Origin: Candidatus Rifleibacteriota bacterium
GTDB lineage: Bacteria; Muiribacteriota; Ozemobacteria; Ozemobacterales; Ozemobacteraceae
DNA length: 47,721 bases
Direction of reading: 5' to 3'
Assembly (NCBI GenBank): GCA_051747585.1
Contig: JBNJGH010000012.1
Span: 1-47,721, forward strand
The notes beneath the pieces were generated by a model, which was not told the DNA's origin, made no database searches, and was given only the letters and a program-made list of their open reading frames with translations. Every line of letters starts with the position of its first letter. Positions within the stretch are counted from its first letter, which is position 1. Positions 36,916 to 46,115 of this stretch are shown piece after piece. The position numbers and the translations under genes were made by a program.

Positions 36916-38184
36916 TTGGCAGCAAATGTTATATTAAAAAACGCAGAATTTAGACTTTTATGGCTTGCACAACTCGTTTCATTTATCGGCGAAGGCATTT
37001 TTCAGACCGCCATGATATGGTGGATTATTCAGGAGACCGGTTCAGGAACAATGGTTGGTCTTATCACCAGCGTAAGCTTTTTACCCGCTGTTATAATTGG
37101 CCCCTTTGCCGGAACTCTTGCTGACAGGCTTCAGCCCAAAACTCTTCTTATCGGTGCTGACTTCTTTCGCGCCTGTCTGGTTGGTACTTTTGCCTGGATG
37201 GCATGGTCAGGCAGTCTCGAGGTTTATCAGTTGTTCTGGTTGTGCGGACTTTTGTCGGCTTCCGGCGTCTTTCACAGTCCTACGACCTTAACTGTAATAC
37301 CAAGAGTTCTAGAAGAAAAAGATATCGAAGAAGCTATGGCGCTGCATACTATTGTCAGAGATATTTCCAAACTGGCGGGTCCGGCTCTCGGCGGAATGAT
37401 AATCGCACGCTGGTCTGTAGGTCATGCTTTTGCCGCTCACTCAGCCTGTCTGCTTATTTCGGTTATTTGTATTCTTATAATGAAAATTCCATTTGTCGAG
37501 CACGAAAAAACTGGCGAATCGGTAATAACTCAGATTAAATCAGGCTTTCGTTATGTCTGGAAAAACAAAATTCTGGCCCGTCTTCTTTTCAGTTTCGGCT
37601 TGCTTAATCTTTTTGTCGTACCAATAATTGTTCTTTTGCCAATGAGTGTTGCCCGCATTTTTGTCGAAAACCCCAACGAAAGCCTGGAAACTGCAATTGT
37701 CAATATTGGCGGCTTTATGGTCAAGGGCTCGATGGCTCTTGGTATAAGTGAAGGTATTCTTGCTTTCGGTTCGGTCATAACCGGAATATTTTTTGTAAAG
37801 CTTTTTTCCAAAGTGCGAACTTCAAGGCTTCTTGTCAGAGCTTTATTGTTAAATTCTCTTCTTTTCGCAGTTTTTGCTGTTACTACTGATTTTGTGATAT
37901 TTGCAATTGGAATGTTTTTTCTTGGCAGCTGTTTTACCTCAGTAAATGTTGCTGTTCTTTCTCTGTTTCAGAAATCCGTCGATCCTGATATGAAAGGCCG
38001 CTTTTTTGCTCTGGTCGAAGTCTTGAGCTTTGCTCTCTTCCCGCTTGCACTGGCCGCCTCAGGGCGCCTTACAGATGTAATCGGCCTGCCTGGCTGCTAT
38101 CTTATTTGTGCAGGCGGTGTCGGATTCATAGCCTTCTTCCTGATGTTCCAGAAAAAGAACCTGGCAGAACTCGATTCTCAATAA
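36916..38184 (+). CDS. MFS transporter (DHA3/macrolide-efflux-like)
   Basis: FRLLWLAQLVS..G, GPFAGTLADR, GPALGG, MKGRFFA; about 12 TM; TTG start. Confidence 0.9.
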   Translation: MAANVILKNAEFRLLWLAQLVSFIGEGIFQTAMIWWIIQETGSGTMVGLITSVSFLPAVIIGPFAGTLADRLQPKTLLIGADFFRACLVGTFAWMAWSGSLEVYQLFWLCGLLSASGVFHSPTTLTVIPRVLEEKDIEEAMALHTIVRDISKLAGPALGGMIIARWSVGHAFAAHSACLLISVICILIMKIPFVEHEKTGESVITQIKSGFRYVWKNKILARLLFSFGLLNLFVVPIIVLLPMSVARIFVENPNESLETAIVNIGGFMVKGSMALGISEGILAFGSVITGIFFVKLFSKVRTSRLLVRALLLNSLLFAVFAVTTDFVIFAIGMFFLGSCFTSVNVAVLSLFQKSVDPDMKGRFFALVEVLSFALFPLALAASGRLTDVIGLPGCYLICAGGVGFIAFFLMFQKKNLAELDSQ

Positions 38185-38351
38185 AATACAGTGTGGGTCT
38201 TTTCCATTCTTTGCGAATTAAACTAATAGAATTCTGTCTCGGACAACGATTAATAGTTCGTTGCATAAATAGATAAAGTTAGTGGGATACTGTAGAATGA
38301 CGGTTGTATTATCTTTTTAATAAATGGTAAATTTCAAGTTGGAAGGATCTT

Positions 38352-39860
38352 ATGAAAAAAAATTGTATTAATTTTATTCTTATTTTTTTATTATCAGCTA
38401 GTATTTTCAGCCACAAAGCTTTAGCCATAGATGGTGTGTCAGTTTTAAACGAGGAAACCATAGTCGCAGGGTACTTGGACTGGGGTTATCTGTACAAGAA
38501 CTTTATCGATAGTCTCAAAAACATCAATAAGCCTGAGCATGCAGGCACAAAATCCTTCCTGGACCATTTTTATAAGCGTGCAACCTCCGGAGCTTCTGCA
38601 AAAACAGATGATCAACCATTTGAAAATTGCGCTAAAAGTGGGATGATATTAGTTGGTGCTATTGAAATGTATGATATGGATCATAAAGACAGGCTCAAGC
38701 ACCTGGATTTAGAAACTCTTAAAAAGGAAGGTTATATTCGTAACATTCCTGTTTGTCCCTCTAATGGAGTTTATTCATACGATTATGATCAGTATAAAAT
38801 AATATGTTCAAAGCATGGCGACGTGAGAAATCCCACTCCTCATGACGATGACGTATCTCCCGGTAGCTTAATCACAGCAAAAACACCCGCAGAAGCGATT
38901 TTAGAGCTCCATTCCCGTAGTATTTTTTATCCTCAGGGCAAAATCTGGTTTTCAATAAATAACTATATGCAACCCCGGCTTATTTTAGAGGGCTCTTTCA
39001 AGCCAGTTGAGCTTATCGAGACAATCAAAAGTCTTATACCCGGTTTCCCGGAAGCTGAGATCTTACAGAAAAATCTGGTTCGTTTCAGTATTCCCAAAAC
39101 TTTTTTTGCCGTTGAGAAATTGATTGTGGAAATTGTACCTGGTGCAATAAAAATAGGCAGCGATTTCTCTGCAGATATTTACAATAAAGGCTGGCAGGAA
39201 CTTATTTCTTCAGCGCAAAGCAAAAAGATGAAACTGGCTATCGAATTTAGCATCGATAAACTATTGCTTCATGCAAAGAAGATCACCCAAAAAGAAAGAT
39301 TGGACACCTGTCTTGGTAATATTCGAATTCTGCAGGCTGCCTGTGGGATGTTTGGCAATTCTACCGGCAAGGTAATGAAAAATCTTGATCAGGATAAGCT
39401 TATTGCCGGCAAATGCCTTCGTTTCCCGGTAATCTGTCCAGATCAGGGCAATTACTCTATTTCAGGAAACATTAATCAAAGTGGTGTTGTAAAATGTTCG
39501 GTTCATGGCACCAATTCGAAACCAGAGTTAGGCAGTGTAAATATTCCTGCATCTGATCTTCCAGATCCAAGGCTAAAATATCTTGCCAATATTCGGCTTC
39601 TTTTAAGCAAAACTGATCTGGCTGTTAAATTTAAAATAACTGATTCCAATGCCCGTAACGAATTAAGATCTAAGTTAGAAAAACCTGGCAAAGATGCTAT
39701 AGATACTTCAGGTATCAAATCGCTTTTGCCTGAGCCGTTGCAAGGCATTGCGAATGTAGAAAAAGATGCTCAAGTTATTGAAAAGGGAGAATGGATTGAA
39801 TTGTTCTACGATAGACTGGGCCTGGACTTTTTGATTAGCTCACTGACGGGGGTAAAATGA
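38352..39860 (+). CDS. Secreted protein with two Cys-rich pilin-head-like modules (C..L..GY..CP..G.Y..C..HG)
   Basis: Signal peptide (ALA); internal repeats at 38628-38819 and 39309-39509. Confidence 0.7.
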   Translation: MKKNCINFILIFLLSASIFSHKALAIDGVSVLNEETIVAGYLDWGYLYKNFIDSLKNINKPEHAGTKSFLDHFYKRATSGASAKTDDQPFENCAKSGMILVGAIEMYDMDHKDRLKHLDLETLKKEGYIRNIPVCPSNGVYSYDYDQYKIICSKHGDVRNPTPHDDDVSPGSLITAKTPAEAILELHSRSIFYPQGKIWFSINNYMQPRLILEGSFKPVELIETIKSLIPGFPEAEILQKNLVRFSIPKTFFAVEKLIVEIVPGAIKIGSDFSADIYNKGWQELISSAQSKKMKLAIEFSIDKLLLHAKKITQKERLDTCLGNIRILQAACGMFGNSTGKVMKNLDQDKLIAGKCLRFPVICPDQGNYSISGNINQSGVVKCSVHGTNSKPELGSVNIPASDLPDPRLKYLANIRLLLSKTDLAVKFKITDSNARNELRSKLEKPGKDAIDTSGIKSLLPEPLQGIANVEKDAQVIEKGEWIELFYDRLGLDFLISSLTGVK

Positions 39861-41203
39861 TGCAAATAATTAACTCATGGAAGTTCGATTTGAAATCTGC
39901 CCTGCATGCCATAATCTGCCTTGTGCTGATCTTTGCCTTGCCAATCATGCCTGTTGTCGCCTCACAGCCGGCATATAGCTCTTCTAAAAGACCCCTTACA
40001 TCATTCATGAAAGAATTTCAGAATGTATCGGCTGAAGATCTGACAATGGAGAAGTTTGCCCATAAACTTTATAATAATTCCGGGTTTACAACTGGTGAAA
40101 CAGGCAAGCCGGCAGAAGCAGGAAAAAAGTTTTATGAAGCTTATAAGGACAAATTTGAAAAACTTTACAAAGAATCTGGTAAAATCCTTGCTGAGCTGCC
40201 AAAGACTTTTCCGCCAGAAAAACTGAAATCAGGCAAGTTGGCCAATGGAATTGATTTTCGTTTTTCGAGAAGCATAGTGCGTTGTTTTCAACTGGTCGCT
40301 CTGTACCATTTTGAACAGAAAGATTTTCAACGAGCAGTTAAAACTCTCTTACTATCTAACTGGTTTGCTCACTCAATTGCACGTGGAGGCGGTGAACCGC
40401 CTTCTCTTATCGACTTAATGATTTCAATCGCCATAAGAAAAATTGCTGTTTCAGAACTGCTTTGGAGTTCACTTGCTCGGGGAGAGTTTTCGCCAAAATG
40501 GTTGGCTTATGCAGAAAAATCTATGGCAGAGCTTGAAACATCGCAGCCGGCTTTTTCAGAATCCCTTGAATGGGAATTAACTAAAACTCTGAGTTTTACC
40601 AAAAAGGAAATGAAGAAATCCAATTCTGAATTAAAAACGAACAAGCTTACAAAAAATTTATCCCGGGAGAAGCAAACAGAAATTATAAATAAATCTTTCG
40701 ACATAATGAATGAAAATCACAAACGAGTTTTGAACTTTTGCACCGTCTACCGCCTGGACCCCGCAGAGCTTGAAAAAGAGATGAATCATATTACCAGATC
40801 TCTCGTTGACAGGGGCAAATTTCGCATAACCAAGATACTGAGTCCTGCAAAAGCGGTGGCCCAGATTCTGGAAGCAATGACAATGCCTAATTTTTCCAGG
40901 GCATATGATCAATACTTGCAGGTTCGCTATCTTGAAAAAGGCACTATACTTTTGATTCGTTTCCTTACCCGTCGAAAAAAAGGTGAGCCCCTACCCGAAA
41001 CTTTAGCCGATTTTGAAGCTGTGGCTCAGGCCAGAATACCGCGTGATCTATATGCATCTGACAAATCACAGTGTCTTTATTCAGTCAACAAAAAATGGAT
41101 GACCATCTACTCAATTGGTCGTAATAGAGTCGACAATAAGGGAGATCAAGAAGATGATTTCATTTTGTTCAAGGTGCCGGTAAAATTTATAAACCAGCTA
41201 TAA
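39857..41203 (+). CDS. Secreted helical protein with C-terminal GspG/pseudopilin-like domain
   Basis: MPNFSRA..G.PLPETL..PRDLY..Y..IYSIGRNRVDNKG..DD; ATGA overlap with the upstream gene. Confidence 0.6.
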   Translation: MMQIINSWKFDLKSALHAIICLVLIFALPIMPVVASQPAYSSSKRPLTSFMKEFQNVSAEDLTMEKFAHKLYNNSGFTTGETGKPAEAGKKFYEAYKDKFEKLYKESGKILAELPKTFPPEKLKSGKLANGIDFRFSRSIVRCFQLVALYHFEQKDFQRAVKTLLLSNWFAHSIARGGGEPPSLIDLMISIAIRKIAVSELLWSSLARGEFSPKWLAYAEKSMAELETSQPAFSESLEWELTKTLSFTKKEMKKSNSELKTNKLTKNLSREKQTEIINKSFDIMNENHKRVLNFCTVYRLDPAELEKEMNHITRSLVDRGKFRITKILSPAKAVAQILEAMTMPNFSRAYDQYLQVRYLEKGTILLIRFLTRRKKGEPLPETLADFEAVAQARIPRDLYASDKSQCLYSVNKKWMTIYSIGRNRVDNKGDQEDDFILFKVPVKFINQL

Positions 41204-41278
41204 CAGCGTAATTGGGGTCGAACCCGCAAGAACCGGGCAAATTATGGGAAAAGGGCAAAGAGTTACCTGGATAACAAA

Positions 41279-42358
41279 TTAGTGTTGAAGGTTTCTTTTC
41301 TGATTCCCAGCTGGGTTAGGCATCATATAATCTGTTCTGGCATCTTTTGGTAGCGGATTACGCCAAGCTTTATGTTTAATCATTTTCTTTAATTTTCGTC
41401 CAAAAATTGCTCCGTAACGATTTATATAATTTTCCTGTTTGTCGGCTCCTTCAAGAAAAAATGAGCCAACACTTTCAATTTCTGCTACAGCCCTGGCTGT
41501 GACCCCTGAACGCATAAGAGCGTACATTGAAATTCCGAAAAAATGATACCAGGCACCGTAGTTGTCACCCATTTGCAGATTATCGTGTCGAATATAGGCC
41601 AGCTTTTTCTGAATTGGATCGTTTTCACGATCTACTCTATAAGGGTCTCCTGCCAGAACATTTTCGGCCGTGAGAAAAGTTAAATAAAGATTTCCCCGGT
41701 TCAAAACATAGCTTTCCATAAACATATGATGCAGCTGCACTTTTTTATCGGGGTAAAGCATAATTCTTTTTTTCAGCGCTTCTTCGGTTCCGGTTACTGC
41801 ATAGCGTGAAGTCCATCCGCAGGCGAGAAGCAAAAACAGCTTTGACCTGAAAAACAGCGGACTGGGGAATTCTTTTTGTTTTTTAAAAATATGGCGGCCA
41901 AAACGGTGCCAGAAACCATAAATCAGATATCGTTTCGCCTTGGGCGACCATCTGTGTTCTTCGCCCATAGTCGGATTAATATTAGGATAATAATCATGTA
42001 TAATTTGATGCAAGCTGTTAACCAGCCGATCAACATCAATAGGCCTTGTTTTTCCTATTTTGAATCCGGCTTGATCTTTTTTATTTTGCTCCAGGGCTTT
42101 AAGTTCTTTTTCTTTTTGAATTTCGGCCTGGGGATAAGAGCTTTTTACCAGAGCATCAAGAAGTTTTTTAGGTACCTGATCAAGTTTTCGAATTAAAAAG
42201 GCATCGCCTTTAGGATCTTTAAGCTTTAATCTGTCTTGTTGATAATGCACTGCCTCATAAGAAGATTTAAGCCAGGTTTTAAATTCATTTTTCGCCTGCC
42301 CGACTGAACATAAAAAAATCAATCCGGTTAAAATTATCGCTAATCTGTTTTTGTACAC
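41279..42358 (-). CDS. Secreted hypothetical protein
   Basis: GTG start behind GAGGT, signal peptide, conserved-looking DNYGAWYHFFG segment. Confidence 0.7.
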   Translation of the reverse strand: MYKNRLAIILTGLIFLCSVGQAKNEFKTWLKSSYEAVHYQQDRLKLKDPKGDAFLIRKLDQVPKKLLDALVKSSYPQAEIQKEKELKALEQNKKDQAGFKIGKTRPIDVDRLVNSLHQIIHDYYPNINPTMGEEHRWSPKAKRYLIYGFWHRFGRHIFKKQKEFPSPLFFRSKLFLLLACGWTSRYAVTGTEEALKKRIMLYPDKKVQLHHMFMESYVLNRGNLYLTFLTAENVLAGDPYRVDRENDPIQKKLAYIRHDNLQMGDNYGAWYHFFGISMYALMRSGVTARAVAEIESVGSFFLEGADKQENYINRYGAIFGRKLKKMIKHKAWRNPLPKDARTDYMMPNPAGNQKRNLQH

Positions 42359-42468
42359 AAAAGTTACCTCATAAATATAATCCAGTCTTTCTAATTATAA
42401 GAATAAATATCTAACCTGGCAAATACAAATTCAGCTAATAGCAAATCCAGGTCACTGGCATACGGTGC

Positions 42469-43617
42469 TCATTCAGACACCCTTCTGCCTTCGTAAGTGC
42501 GAGGGAGAAGGACCGTGAAGGTTGTCCCCCGAGCTTCTGAAGACTCCGCTTTAATCTGCCCACCGTGGGCATACACGATGCGCTCGGCGATATAGAGACC
42601 CAGGCCGAGGTTCCCGGTTGGCCCCCCGGCTGAGGGCTTCAGGGGCGTCGCGCTGGGCTTCATCGGGTTGAAGATCCCGTCCAGCCGATTCGCCGAAATG
42701 GCGTTGCCGCGATTGTGGATCATGATCGCGACATCTTTCTTCCCTCCGTTAAGCTCGACCTTAACCGTAGACTCCGGGGCACTGTGATCGACTGCATTTC
42801 TCACTAGATTGGTGAGAGCTTGGTGGATACGTGCTGCGTCCCACTGACCGATCTCTCCCTCGCCCGTATCTACCTTGACCTTCCGCTGCGGATGAGCAGC
42901 TCTGATCTCGTCGACCACGTTATGCACAATCTTTCTCAGGTCATCCTCAGTGGGTTTTATCGGGATGCCTCCGCCGAGCCGGCTCCGAGTAAAGTCCAAC
43001 AGGTCGCCGACCATCTGGGTCGCTCGCATCGCGCATTCGGCGATCTTCAATGTGAGGGGCCGGTTCATCTTGCCGGTGCTGTTCATGAACGCAGCTGAGG
43101 TCTGGATCGCCCCAAGCGGATTGCGAAGGTCGTGCCCGAGAATGGCAAGGAACATCTCCTTTGCGTTCTCGACATTTTCGGTGAATTCGACCAGGGATTC
43201 CGCGAGCGACTGATCAATAGCCTCGTTGAATCGCAACAAGTCCTTGATGTCAGCGGATTTCAGCTCGCCGCATTCACGCGACCACAGTCGTAGCACACTG
43301 GCCCGCAGGGCGCGATATTCAGCCGCCGTTTGCGCCACGGTAAACCCACTCGCGGCCCGTTCCGACCCATGCTTTTCGGCTGCTGTTAACCCGGATTCGT
43401 CGGTATCCCGCGCGCGGCCTTTCGACTTTTCGGCCTGCTGGAACTCGCTTTGATACGTTTTTAGATCCGCAGCGATCACCATAAGAATCTCGTTCGCATG
43501 ATCGCGAAGTTTCTCCACGTCCATGGTGTTGCTTGCCGGCGCACAGGTGCGCGCAAACGTCTCCCATTCGGTGAGGATTTGCTCACGGTTCGTCAAGATG
43601 AAATCGTGGAGTCGCAT
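42469..43617 (-). CDS. Cytoplasmic sensor histidine kinase with RsbRD-N-like N-terminal domain
   Basis: MRLHDFI..IL.EWE.FA, HG..R..GF..EYRALR; GHDLRNPL H-box, NLVRNA, GLGLYI, GTTF; GAAGGAG RBS. Confidence 0.92.
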   Translation of the reverse strand: MRLHDFILTNREQILTEWETFARTCAPASNTMDVEKLRDHANEILMVIAADLKTYQSEFQQAEKSKGRARDTDESGLTAAEKHGSERAASGFTVAQTAAEYRALRASVLRLWSRECGELKSADIKDLLRFNEAIDQSLAESLVEFTENVENAKEMFLAILGHDLRNPLGAIQTSAAFMNSTGKMNRPLTLKIAECAMRATQMVGDLLDFTRSRLGGGIPIKPTEDDLRKIVHNVVDEIRAAHPQRKVKVDTGEGEIGQWDAARIHQALTNLVRNAVDHSAPESTVKVELNGGKKDVAIMIHNRGNAISANRLDGIFNPMKPSATPLKPSAGGPTGNLGLGLYIAERIVYAHGGQIKAESSEARGTTFTVLLPRTYEGRRVSE

Positions 43618-44084
43618 CTATTATTCTCCTTCAAACGTTTAAATCAGCCGCGCCGGCTTTTTTTGCGTTGGCAGAATTTGTTTGTGTGTGCCCGGCCTGA
43701 GCGTGAACTTATGAGGCGAGATCAGCCTTGTGGAAAAGCCCTCTGTATTGGAAGTCATATGATAAAAATCTATCATACAATACTAGCCGAAGGCAATGTG
43801 AGACAAAAACCATTTTTCTGTGCTTGCCCCTTTGCTTCATTGGGATTTAAATTTTCTCAATTCAACATTCAATCCTTCCAAATCACGGAAAACATCAGAA
43901 TTCTCGGGATAATTGGAAGTTGAATTGAGCTTAAAGACCGGAGGCTTGGAAAGAGATAAAACATATGCCGTATAATCAAACCAAGGTTTTTGATGTGTAA
44001 AAGGTAACAAGTTATTCTGAAGTTTCTTTATAATTTTAAGAATAGCAAAAAAAGTGTTGACCGGCAATAAGTTATGACATGGGT

Positions 44085-44116
44085 AGCAATTCTCGGTCAA
44101 TCATTATCAGCCGGTT
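44085..44116 (-). repeat. 32-bp dispersed repeat, second copy
   Basis: Reverse complement AACCGGCTGATAATGATTGACCGAGAATTGCT versus 73-104 AACCAGCTAATAATAATTGACCGAGAACTGCT. Confidence 0.75.
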
Positions 44117-44159
44117 TAAAAAAAGAACTTGCCTCACACCAAGCCGCATGAAATTTTAA

Positions 44160-44207
44160 TCGTGCTCGTGCTCGTGCTCGTGCTCGTATTCGTTGTCGTT
44201 GTCATTG
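44160..44207 (+). repeat. Hexamer tandem repeat (TCGTGC)x4 decaying to TCGTAT/TCGTTG
   Basis: Read directly from the sequence. Confidence 0.85.
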
Positions 44208-44313
44208 CGAGGAGTGCTTTATCCGACGAAGCAATCTAATGTTACCATCACATTCCTGCCTGTGATTCGAAGCTTTAGCGAAGAATAAACCATTTTAACC
44301 GGATCAGGAATCC
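44201..44313 (+). repeat. Clustered palindromic (RPE/REP-like) elements
   Basis: GTCATTGCGAGGAG..CGACGAAGCAATCT (44201-44237); CATTCCTGC..CAGGAATCC (44251-44313) enclosing CGAAGCTTTAGCGAAG. Confidence 0.65.
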
Positions 44314-44347
44314 AGAATAATCGTCGTTTTTTCTAACAAATAAAAGC

Positions 44348-44374
44348 GAAGGGGCTCAAAATTTTGAGCCCTTC
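44348..44374 (-). terminator. Intrinsic terminator of the ABC-F gene
   Basis: GAAGGGGCTCAAA..TTTGAGCCCTTC hairpin, followed on the minus strand by GCTTTTATTT. Confidence 0.75.
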
Positions 44375-44391
44375 ATCTTAAATAAAGCAAA

Positions 44392-46026
44392 TTATTGCTG
44401 TAGGGGCCGACCGCGCTCGGCCGATTTTTCTACATAGTAGTCATAATCGCCGTCATATATGTTTAAGGCGCCATGATCAACTTCAAAAACCCGGTTAACC
44501 AGTTGGCGCAAAAAATAGCGGTCATGGCTGACTATCATAACTGTTCCTTCAAACTCCTGCAAAGCTTCAAGTAAAACTTCGCGGCTGGTAATATCTAGGT
44601 GATTTGTCGGTTCATCGAGAATCAAAAAGTTGACCGGCTGCGAAAGCAGACAGGCAAGCATAACCCGGCTCTTTTCACCTCCTGAAAGTATTGATACTTT
44701 CTTTTCTGAATCATCTCCCGAAAACAAAAAGGCACCAAGAATATTTTTTATTGTGCCGACGCTTGCCATAGGTAATCGTTCTTGCAATTCTTCAAAAATA
44801 GTGCGCTCCGGGCGCAGAGCATCACATGAATACTGGCTGAAATAGCCGGGCTCAACATTGGCCCCAAGGGTACAGTTTCCTGCCGTTGCTTCGGTAATCT
44901 CACTGATTATTTTAAGCAGTGTTGATTTACCTGCGCCATTTATGCCGGTTACGGCTATTTTATTGTTGCGTATAACTTTGCCGCTTACACCACTGAAAAC
45001 CGGGAGAGGTCGGCCGTCGGGCAATTCATAGGTTTTGGCCAGATCATTCATTTCAACTACTATATCGCCACTGCGTTTAATAGGTAAAAAGCGAAATTTT
45101 ATTACTTTAGGATCGGGGGGCACGACAATTCTTTCGATTTTTTCCAGGGTTTTGACTCTTGATTGAACCTGTGCTGCATGGGAAGCGCGAGCCGCAAACC
45201 TGGCAATAAACTCTTCTTCTTTGGCAAGCATGGACTGCTGTCGTTTCTGGGCCGCAATTAGCTGCTCACGGCGAATCTCGCGTTCTTTAAGGTAAAAGTC
45301 ATAGTCTCCGCTGTAGGTAGTAATGGTTTGACCGGCAACCTCTACGGTTCTCGAGCACACTCTGGTCATAAATTCACGGTCATGGCTCGTCATAACCAGC
45401 GCGCCTTTAAAGTCTTTCAGCCAGCCTTCAAGCCAGAGAATGGTTTCAATGTCAAGGTGGTTGGTAGGTTCGTCAATAAGTAAAACATCCGGCTTCAAAA
45501 GCAGAATGCGTGCCAGAGCAATGCGCATTTTCCAGCCACCCGAAAAGCTTTCTACGGAGTGATTCCAGCGATCAGGGCCAATGCCCAGGCCGTTTAAAAT
45601 GGTCTGCGCTTCAGTTTCAAGCTCATAGCCATTTAAGTGTACGAATTCTTCCTGCAATTTTCCGTAGCGATTCATCACCTTTTCGTTACAGCCAAAGTCC
45701 GGGTCAGCCATCTGTTGCTCAATCTCGTGCATTTTGTGGCCTATTTCAAAAACGCGGCCTGCGCCGGCCAGAACCTCATCAAGGGCAGAGCGGCCAGCCA
45801 TTTCACCAACATCCTGAGAAAAGTAGCCAATTACCAGACCTGCATTTACCTGTACCTGACCGTCATCGGGTTTTTCTTCACCGGTTATCAGGCGAAAAAC
45901 AGTGGTTTTGCCCGCGCCATTGGGCCCGACAAGACCAATTTTATCTCCGGGCCTTACCAGCATGCCGGCATTAGTAAACAGAACACGATTGCCATAGGCT
46001 ACTTTTATATTATTCAGGTTGATCAT
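44392..46026 (-). CDS. ABC-F family ribosome-associated ATPase
   Basis: Two NBDs (GPNGAGKT/FSGGW/DEPTNHLD and GINGAGKS/LSGGE/DEPTNHLD), inter-domain linker, no TM. Confidence 0.95.
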   Translation of the reverse strand: MINLNNIKVAYGNRVLFTNAGMLVRPGDKIGLVGPNGAGKTTVFRLITGEEKPDDGQVQVNAGLVIGYFSQDVGEMAGRSALDEVLAGAGRVFEIGHKMHEIEQQMADPDFGCNEKVMNRYGKLQEEFVHLNGYELETEAQTILNGLGIGPDRWNHSVESFSGGWKMRIALARILLLKPDVLLIDEPTNHLDIETILWLEGWLKDFKGALVMTSHDREFMTRVCSRTVEVAGQTITTYSGDYDFYLKEREIRREQLIAAQKRQQSMLAKEEEFIARFAARASHAAQVQSRVKTLEKIERIVVPPDPKVIKFRFLPIKRSGDIVVEMNDLAKTYELPDGRPLPVFSGVSGKVIRNNKIAVTGINGAGKSTLLKIISEITEATAGNCTLGANVEPGYFSQYSCDALRPERTIFEELQERLPMASVGTIKNILGAFLFSGDDSEKKVSILSGGEKSRVMLACLLSQPVNFLILDEPTNHLDITSREVLLEALQEFEGTVMIVSHDRYFLRQLVNRVFEVDHGALNIYDGDYDYYVEKSAERGRPLQQ

Positions 46027-46034
46027 GGGGCTGA

Positions 46035-46063
46035 ATAATAGTGCAGATAGGCCCGCAAGTCAA
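46035..46063 (-). promoter_or_regulatory. Sigma70 promoter abutting the ABC-F start codon (leaderless)
   Basis: TTGACT-17 nt-TATTAT-8 nt-ATG, no SD. Confidence 0.7.
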
Positions 46064-46115
46064 ACTTTTATCGAATTCGGGCTTTCATTCATAACCGCCG
46101 GGAATTATACATCTT

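Noticed and set aside
41204..41278. GGGCAAA..GCAAAG..GTTACC fragments reminiscent of a c-di-GMP-I riboswitch
   Set aside because: Too short, lacks the P2/P3 stems, and lies between convergent genes
41261..42456. 12-bp imperfect inverted repeat (AGTTACCTGGAT / ATCCAGGTCACT) flanking the secreted hypothetical gene
   Set aside because: Short, one mismatch, no target-site duplication; plausible by chance
43498..44100. ORFs 43498-43923 (+) and 43837-44100 (-)
   Set aside because: No RBS or recognisable motifs; they overlap the kinase or the inverted repeats and are probably spurious
44160..44207. Possible CRISPR array
   Set aside because: Hexamer microsatellite with no spacers and no cas genes
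45510..46038. Long antisense ORFs here and opposite other genes (e.g. 46345-46836, 27607-28029)
   Set aside because: Shadow frames of well-supported genes
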